Shown here piece by piece: positions 53,768 through 63,028 of a DNA stretch of 64,000 nucleotides (the stretch's first letter is position 1; every line of letters begins with the position of its first letter). The stretch is from assembly GCA_965208905.1 (NCBI GenBank), contig OZ242365.1, positions 1,312,001-1,376,000 on the forward strand. Reading direction: 5' to 3'. The stretch comes from Nitrosopumilaceae archaeon. Its GTDB lineage: Archaea; Thermoproteota; Nitrososphaeria; Nitrososphaerales; Nitrosopumilaceae. Below the pieces are notes generated by a model. The model was not told the origin of the DNA. It ran no database searches and was given only the letters and a program-made list of their open reading frames with translations. Made by a program: the position numbers and the translations under genes.

Positions 53768-55471
53768 ATGAAAGTAAGTTTAATTATGCTCTTGCTGGCA
53801 GCGGTTGTTGCCACAGGAGCTACGATGACTAGCGCATACGCCCAACAGAACGGAGAGTCGATGGAAGCAATGGAGTCGATGGAAGCAATGGAAGCCCCAA
53901 TGCCCCCATCACCGTTTGCTCCCGGACAGTCAGTCTACTTCCCTCACGCTATGATCGGTCAGATAACCTCTAATCTTCCGCTGCCACCCTTCGACATGGC
54001 CAACGGCAACGCAGTCTTTGGGGTAATAATCCCAAACTTGGGTACTTGGATTCACCAAGAGGTATCCCCACACTTTGCGGACCCGTCGCTGTCGTTCAGA
54101 TATGTTACGCTGATTCTTAATGCCGGCTACGACGCGACGGCGCCTTATCACGAGACGGCCGTCGGCGTATACTCACGTATTGACAACCGCCCGGCAAGTG
54201 AATCTGCCGACAGCTACAACATCAACGTTGCATCCATCTATTCGGGATACCGGATGGGGATGGCGTTCGACCCAGACCGTGAACCGCAATGGCGGGCTAT
54301 GATGACTAACAATGGCTTGGACCCTGACGATGACACCGGATTGGACCTAGACTGCTCCCAGACGCACCAACTAGACTCGCCCATCGCCATAGGTAACTTG
54401 GCGAGCAAGTGTGTACTGGAGGCGCGGTGGTCTGATGGTTTCAACCACTTTGGGGATGAAACACCAGGACAACCATTCCGGGACACCACAGGCTATTCAC
54501 CCGTCAACTCGGCCAACGAGCTGGTTGATCCGTCCAGGTGGCAACCTCTGATAAAACAACTCAGAGAGGGCACTTGGGTATCTCAACAGTTCACCACGCC
54601 ACAGTGGGCCGTGACCGAGCCATACTCGGACATCGATCCGAGAGAGTTCAGAGCACCACCCCCGTTCGCCAGTGACCACGCCTTTATGGACGACTACAAG
54701 GCACAGGCTGACGAGGTACTGGCTGCAGTAGCAGGCCTGACGGACGAACAGAAGATGCTGGTGGAATACTTCGACAACAAGGCACGTGAGACACTGTTCT
54801 TCCCGGCTGTAGAGGCGCTCCCAAACACAATGGACTTTTGGCAACTGGACTTTATGTTGCACATAGCCCAGTTTGATGCAGGAATTGTTGCTTGGCAAGA
54901 GAAGGCCAGATACGATGCCGTGCGCCCTGTTACCGCAATAAACTATCTGTATAGTGATGAGATCGTTCAGACCTATGGAATAGGCGGAGACGGTCCGAGA
55001 TCCATCGCAGGCAGCGAGTGGTACAGCTACGCTAACACTGGAGATCATCCAGAGTACCCATCCGCTACTGCATGCTTCTGCGCGGCGCAAGCTCAAGCTT
55101 GGAGGAATTATCTAGGTGGAGATGAAATCCCAGACGTTACCCTACCCAACGGGGAGGTTGTCGACGGATTCGTCGGAATATTGCCCGCAGGATCGTCCAT
55201 ACACGAACCAGGAGTGACCCCTGCCAATGACGTAGTAGTAACCTATGACACTTGGACAGAATATGAGCAAGATTGCGCGGAAAGTAGGATATGGGCTGGT
55301 CTGCACTTTAGAGCGGCAGTAGAAGAGTCGCTCAATACGTGTAGCGATATAGGCAATGCGGCTTGGGACTACTTCTCAACACTGCTGGACGGGACAGCCC
55401 CGCTCAGACAGCCTGCTGAGAAACAAGACCAGGATCCGTTGCTGAACAGACCACACTTCACCGGACGATAA
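53768..55471 (+). CDS. Secreted vanadium-dependent haloperoxidase-like (PAP2) protein
   Basis: Signal peptide; WQEKARYDAVRP, HPEYPSAT, SRIWAGLHF. Confidence 0.8.
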   Translation: MKVSLIMLLLAAVVATGATMTSAYAQQNGESMEAMESMEAMEAPMPPSPFAPGQSVYFPHAMIGQITSNLPLPPFDMANGNAVFGVIIPNLGTWIHQEVSPHFADPSLSFRYVTLILNAGYDATAPYHETAVGVYSRIDNRPASESADSYNINVASIYSGYRMGMAFDPDREPQWRAMMTNNGLDPDDDTGLDLDCSQTHQLDSPIAIGNLASKCVLEARWSDGFNHFGDETPGQPFRDTTGYSPVNSANELVDPSRWQPLIKQLREGTWVSQQFTTPQWAVTEPYSDIDPREFRAPPPFASDHAFMDDYKAQADEVLAAVAGLTDEQKMLVEYFDNKARETLFFPAVEALPNTMDFWQLDFMLHIAQFDAGIVAWQEKARYDAVRPVTAINYLYSDEIVQTYGIGGDGPRSIAGSEWYSYANTGDHPEYPSATACFCAAQAQAWRNYLGGDEIPDVTLPNGEVVDGFVGILPAGSSIHEPGVTPANDVVVTYDTWTEYEQDCAESRIWAGLHFRAAVEESLNTCSDIGNAAWDYFSTLLDGTAPLRQPAEKQDQDPLLNRPHFTGR

Positions 55472-55559
55472 GACTAACATTTCTTTTTTCTTTTTTTATT
55501 TATTCATCTGGTATTGTATTTACAAGAGTCATGCCGCGCCCCATCCTTGCCGTCAACCA

Positions 55560-55961
55560 TTGAACCTCCATCCGGTTCGGGCTGGCGAATTCGTGCTGAG
55601 TATGAGTGTGGCACGCGTTCATGCTGCCCCAGCCGAATATGGGTGGGGGATGTCCACTGAATTTGAGGCTGAGCTTCTTGATCGTGTAATCGAATTGATA
55701 AACTCAAGACCGTACCACCCACAAATCAACTGCAAATTGGAGAGGTTCCACCGTAGTGTAGAAGAGGAGATGGAGCATTGGGATACTCTGTCCGAATACG
55801 TGACATCCTACAACGAGCGCAGACTTAGCGTCTCACTGGACATCAACAATCACCAGACATCGTTGAAGGTATTTTCAAACAAAAGATCTCTCGAAACAAT
55901 AAAGCCGCCCCAACTGAATGGCGGAGGACGTAAACAATGGGGCGCAATGATTTCAATATAA
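55560..55961 (+). pseudogene. IS481-like transposase C-terminal (integrase core) remnant
   Basis: RPYHPQINCKLERFHRS...YNERR. Confidence 0.72.
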
Positions 55962-56000
55962 TACAGGAAATATTTTGGTAACACAAAACAGATGTAAGAT

Positions 56001-56357
56001 TTAGCGCATCAACCACGACCAATATTTTGCAAATATGGACCGGTCTCCTTGTTGTTTTATGACCACAGTACTGTCTTTGGATTTGAGATGTGCTTGGATA
56101 GTTTCAAGAATTGTACCCTCATCTTTTACCTTTGAGTTTTGCTTATGTAGATGAGTCACCAATTTTTTAATGAAATCCTCCTTAACACGTATAGTAAAAA
56201 ACCACCAACCCATAGCAAACTCTGCATCATCATCGAATCTATATGATACAGTATCGTGTACTATCATGCTTTGTAGGTGATCAAATATTTCTCTTAATAT
56301 GAGTGCATCTGAATCTAGATTCCTTGTTGCTACACTGTATAACGGAATCCATGACAT
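56001..56357 (-). CDS. Hypothetical protein
   Basis: 118-aa ORF; its last 13 codons are duplicated at 53317-53356. Confidence 0.7.
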   Translation of the reverse strand: MSWIPLYSVATRNLDSDALILREIFDHLQSMIVHDTVSYRFDDDAEFAMGWWFFTIRVKEDFIKKLVTHLHKQNSKVKDEGTILETIQAHLKSKDSTVVIKQQGDRSIFAKYWSWLMR

Positions 56358-56596
56358 ACAACGCTATGCTTTCCTTTTATGTATAAAAGCACCTACTGTG
56401 CATGCTTCTGGTAAGTTAACGTGAGATAGATCATCTTGGAAAGTGAGTGAGATACTTCGAATCTGTCAAAAAGGGTACATGAAACGGGACGGTTAAGAAC
56501 TAAGTACCTCAACACACCTGTTAAGTGGTGGTACCTGAGGGGTTCTGGGATATATTAGGTACATAGAGTGTAGTGTAACAGAAGATCATGAAATCA

Positions 56597-57082
56597 CTAG
56601 CCAGACAACTTATAGTTGGTGTTTTCCTTTAACCATTGTCGGATAGTAGAATGAAGACCCCTCAACTCTGGGTCCCAAAGATACCTTACTGTTTCCTTAT
56701 GTGCGCCTAACTCATCCAATACCATTCCAAAATACGACATCACATGCTGTTTTGTGAGTACACTATCATAGTATAAAGAGGTGACTGTAGTTAGATGATT
56801 GAGGTATTTTACACGTATGAACTTTAAGTTGTCATCTGTCTCAAATGTTTCTTGGTGGGATATCATAGAACACGCTGTGTACAAGTCCTTATCATTATAC
56901 AGCTTCTCCCACAATTTTAGTATGAGATGTGCTGAATCAATCCAGACTCGTTGGTTCAACATATCTTTTTGTTGTTGAACCTGATGTCGGTTTGAGCGCC
57001 ATATCGCAAATGCAACCACCGCACTACCGCAGAATGTAAGTGCCGCAATGATTACGGAGATTGCCAATCCGAGATCAAACAT
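56597..57082 (-). CDS. Hypothetical protein with N-terminal TM helix
   Basis: 161-aa ORF. Confidence 0.6.
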   Translation of the reverse strand: MFDLGLAISVIIAALTFCGSAVVAFAIWRSNRHQVQQQKDMLNQRVWIDSAHLILKLWEKLYNDKDLYTACSMISHQETFETDDNLKFIRVKYLNHLTTVTSLYYDSVLTKQHVMSYFGMVLDELGAHKETVRYLWDPELRGLHSTIRQWLKENTNYKLSG

Positions 57083-57481
57083 CTTTGATCAAATCGGTGC
57101 CTAACCATATAAGCATGATGCAGAATGTTTTTTACCCCTAATCGCCATATTATAGTGTGGAACACTTGGAACCCATTATACTTGATTTCTACCTTCATAG
57201 ACAGCACGTAGATTTATCTGAACCCAAACCAGGAGGCAGGCCGGAAAAAGCCATCATGGCAAAACGTACAAAACATATCTACAAGCCTGTTGTTGCCATA
57301 CCTAGTGTTCGCACATAGGTTCTGTAACATCTTGTTTTATCCGGAAATCATGTCGCGCTATATTCTGGTCGTCAGTCATGAATATCATCCTCCATCCATG
57401 TAGGGTTTTGACTTCTTGTTTCAACAGTTGCCTTCTTTTTTTGAAAGAAATTAGTTGATATGTACATAAAAAATAAAAAAG

Positions 57482-58741
57482 TTAGGATGTTGACTTTGCA
57501 GCTGCTTGAATCATGGTAAGCCACTTGTTGTCACCTTCAACGGTGATACCTGCAGCCTCGGCGGGGGTTATCTGGTTTGGGAGTCCAAGGTGTGGGCGTA
57601 CAAAGTTGTGATACAATCGCAATCCAGAGATTATGCTAGAGTCATCCTTCTTCAAACCACGGCACACTTTCTCACGGTGTCGTAGTGTTGCCCCGTTGAA
57701 GGATTCCATTTGGTTGTTATGATGTATGCCATCAAAGGCAACATCATGTATATGCTCGGTCTCTTTGTGCAGAAAGTTCTTTGCTTTATACTGTTGTTTC
57801 CAAGCATGGTGAAAGTTGGCTGCCTTGTCACTAATTAATGTGGTTGGAACTTTACCCGTTACCTTCTTGGCCTGTTTAAACATCGGTGCTACGTCGTCAT
57901 TGCCTTTGTGTTCGGCTACCATCTTGGCTATCCAAAACCTAGTCTCTGAATCAAGCATTGCAAATAGATATTTGCGGTTACCCTTGATTTTCAGGTATAA
58001 TTCATCTGTACGCCACTGTTCACCGACTTGTGGTTTAATCTTGTCAACAAAGGTCTCCATAAGTTCACCATACTGTTTACCCCAATTTTGTATGGTAACA
58101 TGAGTAGTCTTAAGTCCAGTCATTTCAAGGCTGCGGGCAACCTTCCTACTAGATAAGCCGCTAAACAGTAAATCTACAGCCTGTGTAATCTGTTCAGGTG
58201 TGGCTCTCTTGCGAGTGAACCCGACATTATGAGTGAACCGCTTAAGGCAGTCTATACACTTGAACTGCTGAACTGGACCTTTCTTGAACTTTCGTATACC
58301 ACATTTCACTACATTGGTTGACTCACAAAATTTACACTTGGTAAGGTCAACCTGCTTGATAATGATTTTAGGTACTTCCTGTTGTACCGCTTTTCTTATT
58401 CGGCGGCTTATCTCGACTGCATGAATATGCTTGCATATTACACCACGATACATATGATCCGGGCATGAACAAATCCAGCCATGCTCGGTGGATAATACCT
58501 CGTATACTTTATCGGATGATTGGGAACGTACCGTGTATGTCAGGTCGTCTATTCTCGTGATTTGGTTAGATTTACTGACTATTTGAGCGCCCCGTGTTAT
58601 GCGGTCATTGGTGGTCTGTCCAGTCACATTGCCAACTGATATATTGTATAATGGTGTAATATGCTCAGAGTGCAATTCGCTCGTCATTGGGGTTGCTGCC
58701 CCTCTGGCTTTTGTTTTCATCATCGCATTTGTTATTGTCAT
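57482..58741 (-). CDS. IS6/IS240-like DDE transposase with SWIM finger (paralog of 25783..27027)
   Basis: Catalytic half nearly identical to the first copy; CSCPD...CKHIH. Confidence 0.85.
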   Translation of the reverse strand: MTITNAMMKTKARGAATPMTSELHSEHITPLYNISVGNVTGQTTNDRITRGAQIVSKSNQITRIDDLTYTVRSQSSDKVYEVLSTEHGWICSCPDHMYRGVICKHIHAVEISRRIRKAVQQEVPKIIIKQVDLTKCKFCESTNVVKCGIRKFKKGPVQQFKCIDCLKRFTHNVGFTRKRATPEQITQAVDLLFSGLSSRKVARSLEMTGLKTTHVTIQNWGKQYGELMETFVDKIKPQVGEQWRTDELYLKIKGNRKYLFAMLDSETRFWIAKMVAEHKGNDDVAPMFKQAKKVTGKVPTTLISDKAANFHHAWKQQYKAKNFLHKETEHIHDVAFDGIHHNNQMESFNGATLRHREKVCRGLKKDDSSIISGLRLYHNFVRPHLGLPNQITPAEAAGITVEGDNKWLTMIQAAAKSTS

Positions 58742-58816
58742 TAACTACCCTATGGTATAACGATAATATATAGTTATCCCATAGAAGGGTTAAAATAACT
58801 GACATGTGGGTTAAGT

Positions 58817-59047
58817 GTGTTGGGAATTACTAAAAAAACAATCAAGGGTCTGGAATACATCTATTTTGCCTATTATGACGAGACATCAAAATCTAAACAA
58901 TACAAATCGTGTGGGTCTGCTACCAATAAGGAATCTATGATCAAAGCTATATCACTTGAGCGCGAGTATCTGAAGCGACGTAAGAATAAACTAAACGAGG
59001 AAATTACACAGATACAGGAGAAAATAGATGGACTTGCAAAGTTATAA
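58817..59047 (+). CDS. Small basic protein divergent from the transposase
   Basis: KKTIKGLEYIYFAYY...KSCG plus coiled coil. Confidence 0.6.
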   Translation: MLGITKKTIKGLEYIYFAYYDETSKSKQYKSCGSATNKESMIKAISLEREYLKRRKNKLNEEITQIQEKIDGLAKL

Positions 59048-59162
59048 TACGAGGCCTACGGCCAAATACGAGGCCTACGGCCAAATACGAGGCCTACGGC
59101 CAAATACGAGGCCTACGGCCAAATACGAGGCCTACGGCCAAATACGAGGCCTACGGCCAAAT
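59046..59162. repeat. Tandem repeat, 6 x 19 bp (AATACGAGGCCTACGGCCA)
   Basis: Six exact units, no spacers. Confidence 0.95.
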
Positions 59163-59231
59163 TATACAAGCGGCGCCATACTATACAATACATACAACGC
59201 CTTATCAATTCATCGGAGGCTGTATATGTGA

Positions 59232-60680
59232 ATGTCTGGCATCAAGAACCGGACAATATTCACAGGCGACAACCTAGAGATATTACGTGGCTTTCCAGAT
59301 GAATTTGTTGATTTAATATATCTAGACCCGCCATTTAACTCAAAACATAACTATGCTGCCCCCATAGGTTCTAAGGCGGCTGGGGCTGCCTTCAAGGATA
59401 CGTGGACTTTACAAGATGTGGATGTATCATGGTGGGGGGAGATTGCCGAGACAAACACTGCCCTGTATAAGGCACTAGAGGCAGCCAAACATACAGCAGG
59501 CAAGAGTGCCATGTCCTATCTAATCTACATGGCAATACGCATACTAGAGATGTATCGTATACTAAAGAGTACAGGTTCTATATACTTGCATTGCGACCCA
59601 ACCATGTCTCATTATTTGAAGATGGTGTTGGATTCGATTTTTGGAGTAGTGAATTTTAAGAACGAGATTGTATGGAAACGATCAAAGGGACATCCACTAT
59701 CCATTAAAAAATTTGAAGCAGTAGCAGACTATATCTTAGTTTATCAAAAATCAGGTAACAGTGTTTTCTACCCAGTAAAATTACCAATGGATGAACAAAC
59801 AATAAAAAGAGATTATAGATATAAAGATGAACATGGGCGTTACAGTACATGTTCATTAACAGGTGGCAAGGCTGGCGGTGAATCTGCGTACTTACCATTT
59901 AACGGTGCATTACCATCTTCAGGACGTGGATGGGCGCCACCTACTAGGCAAAAGATACCACAATGGGCAGCAAAAATATTACCTTCAGATTATGAAAAGA
60001 TGAATCAACTTGAAAAATGCCACGCTTTAGATGCTATTGGAATGATAGTATGGTCTGCTAATAACGTGCCTAGATACAAACACTATCTAAAAGACGTTCC
60101 ATACAAACTTGCTAATAGTGTATGGTATGACATAAAATTACTAACCTCCCATTCCAAAGAAAAACTCGGCTACCCCACCCAAAAACCCATAGCCTTGTTA
60201 GAACGTATAATACAAGCCTCTACAAACGAGGGAGATATTGTACTAGATCCGTTTTGTGGATGTGCGACCGCCTGTTCAGCAGCTGAACGGCTAAACCGAG
60301 AGTGGATTGGTATAGACATATCACCAAAGGCGGTTGAGTTGATGAACGCCAGAATGGTCAGCGAGGCAGGGATTGAAAAGTGGACAAAGGGCGCAGGAAT
60401 GGTAATTCAAAGGACGGACATACCAATACGCAAAGGCAATAGATCAAAGAACATAAAACATCAACTATTCGGTATGCAGGAAGGCAGATGTAATCTATGC
60501 AGACATGAAATTGAATTTCGACATATGGAAGTCGACCATGTAATACCAAGGGCCAAGGGTGGACCTGATGATGATGGCAACCTCCAACTATTATGCGGTC
60601 ATTGCAATCGTGTTAAAGGTAAGGGGACAATGGCAGAAGCAAAGGTGAGACTGATCAAGCTGGGAATAGTAGCCCGTTAG
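59232..60680 (+). CDS. Beta-class N6-adenine DNA methyltransferase fused to a C-terminal HNH nuclease domain
   Basis: IYLDPPFN, YPTQKP, DPFCGCAT; CNLC...VDHVIP...NLQLLCGHCNRVK. Confidence 0.88.
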   Translation: MSGIKNRTIFTGDNLEILRGFPDEFVDLIYLDPPFNSKHNYAAPIGSKAAGAAFKDTWTLQDVDVSWWGEIAETNTALYKALEAAKHTAGKSAMSYLIYMAIRILEMYRILKSTGSIYLHCDPTMSHYLKMVLDSIFGVVNFKNEIVWKRSKGHPLSIKKFEAVADYILVYQKSGNSVFYPVKLPMDEQTIKRDYRYKDEHGRYSTCSLTGGKAGGESAYLPFNGALPSSGRGWAPPTRQKIPQWAAKILPSDYEKMNQLEKCHALDAIGMIVWSANNVPRYKHYLKDVPYKLANSVWYDIKLLTSHSKEKLGYPTQKPIALLERIIQASTNEGDIVLDPFCGCATACSAAERLNREWIGIDISPKAVELMNARMVSEAGIEKWTKGAGMVIQRTDIPIRKGNRSKNIKHQLFGMQEGRCNLCRHEIEFRHMEVDHVIPRAKGGPDDDGNLQLLCGHCNRVKGKGTMAEAKVRLIKLGIVAR

Positions 60681-60981
60681 GTCATCGATTTTACACCATC
60701 ACACAGATCACTTTACAAAACCACCATCACACAAATTTGACAGCATATATCACTACACACGTTCTTGACAGTTCCCAAAACGAATTAGGGAATCTATACA
60801 AGGTGCATCTTGGTGATTTGATGTGTAGTGATGTATTGGTGATCTGAACAAGCATGTAAAGGTGACTTCTTACAGAATTTTGACTACTTACTGAATATAA
60901 TTAGTGTGGATGGTTGCGTGTAACTCCCCGACCTATATTCTGACGTAGTGCATGTCCTAAATGGCCTACCCATTTTTTCAT

Positions 60982-61383
60982 TTACCGTATATCTACGGTA
61001 GTTGTAGAATCTGGATTTGAAGAGAAAAGCCAGCCACGGGTTTGAGCTACTACTCTGAGATTCTTAGATATTCTCTTAATTTGACTTTTTGTAGAATTCC
61101 CAAACTCAATGAATGCATGTTCCTCGTATGGTATATGATCATCCACAACATCCAGATTCATGCGTGTACATTCGTTCACGGTCACAGCCATAACCCCGCT
61201 TGATTCTTTGTGTAATGTAGATGTATAATGTTGCCATGCTTTTTTAGCTGTTATTTGATCTCCATCGTAAACTGATAGACGGCACGGATCTCTTGATGAA
61301 GGACGAAATGCTCTAGATCCAGCACGACCTTCTCTAACGAAATTAGGATGAATCTGCCGGTATAGTTGGGTCTCACCATTCAT
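60982..61383 (-). CDS. Hypothetical protein, possible ART/RES-like fold
   Basis: LYRQ...LSVYD...EEHAFI; overlaps the upstream gene by 4 bp. Confidence 0.65.
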   Translation of the reverse strand: MNGETQLYRQIHPNFVREGRAGSRAFRPSSRDPCRLSVYDGDQITAKKAWQHYTSTLHKESSGVMAVTVNECTRMNLDVVDDHIPYEEHAFIEFGNSTKSQIKRISKNLRVVAQTRGWLFSSNPDSTTTVDIR

Positions 61384-62507
61384 TTCAACATCTCTTTCAT
61401 GGAGCGTATTTGGTTAGCCACCCATTCCCAACTATCCTGCTTGTTAAGATCTAATACCGTCTCATCACTGGAATTAGTACTAACATCATACCAACTCCAT
61501 TCGCCACTATGCTTTACAAGATCTACCTCTAGGCTAATTTCCCGTTTACCTATACTCCATTCTAAATCAAGATCACCCTTGGGAGTGGGGTATATGTGAG
61601 GAAGCACAACATTGTTGGGATAATATTGCTTGAAGATGTCAGATAGCCAATCCAAGCCATCATGACTAGGAGCAACACCTTCACCATTTAACCAACCAGT
61701 TTTCATGGTACGCAGCTCATCTAACTGTACCAATACATCCAGTTTATCCAGTAAATGGATGTGAGTTATTGATTCAATAGAGATACGTCCATCTCGACTG
61801 TGCTGAACAGTACCCTGTATCTGTACTCTTGCATTGTCCTTATATCTGTCGAATGCTTTCATAATGATGTCATAGTAAGGGTCCGGCAGATGGCCTGTAA
61901 CTAACGGACCATAGACCTGTTGTAGACTAAATGTCATGTTTTTTTGATCTATCTTATGCACGGAGCCACGTAGAACTACCTCACTCGCACGCCTAATTGT
62001 GGATGTAAGAGATAGTACCTTATCGCGTATTTTTTTGGTTAGCCTAGCCGGAGTTTGATGCGTGGAGGCAGTCAACTCTAATGTCTCATCATCACGAAGA
62101 TTATGTCCTATATGCTTAAGGTGTTCTAACATGTCATACGATGGAACCTCGTCTGGTGGTAGTTGTTCATCCTGTGCCAGATGCTTAATAGTCTCTACTA
62201 TATACTCTTTCGCACTCTCAAAATATTTTTGGTGTAGTATCTGCCCATCCAATGTCTGTTGTGTTGTGGTGAGTTTGAATACTGGTACGGTGCTTCCACT
62301 TTCAATACTAACTAATTCCAAATCAACTTTACTAAAGTCAGGTGAAGAACGTCTACGATTTGGATTATCTTTTAAATACTGCCATCGCGCTACTTCTATC
62401 ACCATCTCTTGCAGGGCATGCAAGTTGGGAAGAACGTCTTTCGGTATCCCCCCGTTCTTAAATCGCGCTCCATCCAACCGAGGTCGTAAAAAATCTACGC
62501 TTGGCAT
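61380..62507 (-). CDS. Hypothetical protein, three apparent domains
   Basis: 375-aa ORF; IESGS motif, OB-like middle, C-terminal GWLNGEG...HIYPTPKGDLDLEW. Confidence 0.75.
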   Translation of the reverse strand: MPSVDFLRPRLDGARFKNGGIPKDVLPNLHALQEMVIEVARWQYLKDNPNRRRSSPDFSKVDLELVSIESGSTVPVFKLTTTQQTLDGQILHQKYFESAKEYIVETIKHLAQDEQLPPDEVPSYDMLEHLKHIGHNLRDDETLELTASTHQTPARLTKKIRDKVLSLTSTIRRASEVVLRGSVHKIDQKNMTFSLQQVYGPLVTGHLPDPYYDIIMKAFDRYKDNARVQIQGTVQHSRDGRISIESITHIHLLDKLDVLVQLDELRTMKTGWLNGEGVAPSHDGLDWLSDIFKQYYPNNVVLPHIYPTPKGDLDLEWSIGKREISLEVDLVKHSGEWSWYDVSTNSSDETVLDLNKQDSWEWVANQIRSMKEMLK

Positions 62508-62879
62508 AAGATCACCAAAACAGGACAGACTTGGTGCGTACTACACAAAAACTTAAACTCGGCTTTCATCTACCCCTCAACACTATATCTACTATAATAA
62601 TCCATACCCGCTTAATCCAATTCAGATTTACCCTTCAATCCTGATGCTGAAAATACAAGAAGAGAACAAAAGATGTGACAGGCCTTGCAGGAAGAGTTCT
62701 GCTACAAAGCAGGAGATTATGTATGTAATAGTTGAAGTTAATTTTTCAAATTTGTATTTTTTAAACATTGTATTTCTCAGATCACTATACTATCATCTCA
62801 CCCACTTTCCAACATATTCTATCTCACGTTAACTTACCAGAAGCTATGTGTCGTTGTTATATCGGCGACACATGTACTC

Positions 62880-63010
62880 TTCCTGTTGGACCTGAGAGTC
62901 GACAGGAACTGGCCCCTCCGAGGGCGCTTACCAGAATGGCTCAAGGTACGTGAAAAGCTTCAGCCCCTCCGAGGGCGGATGGAAGTTTACCATGGTCAGG
63001 TCCGACTATC
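62880..63010 (+). ncRNA. Candidate IS110 bridge-RNA-like structured non-coding end
   Basis: Repeated hairpin GCCCCTCCGAGGGCG (62912-62926, 62963-62977); GGACCTGA/TCAGGTCC long-range complement. Confidence 0.45.
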
Positions 63011-63028
63011 CACTAAAAAGGAGGTGAA

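Larger units (their letters stand above)
53282..56040. repeat. 75-bp direct repeats (53282-53356, 55966-56040) bracketing the haloperoxidase cassette
   Basis: GGAA(G/A)TATTTTGGTAACACAAAACAGATGTAAGATTTAGCGCATC...GCAAATATGGAC, three mismatches. Confidence 0.9.

Noticed and set aside
59046-59162. CRISPR array
   Set aside because: Units are contiguous with no unique spacers, and no cas1/cas2 is present; ORF 59028..59231 is a by-product of the repeat.
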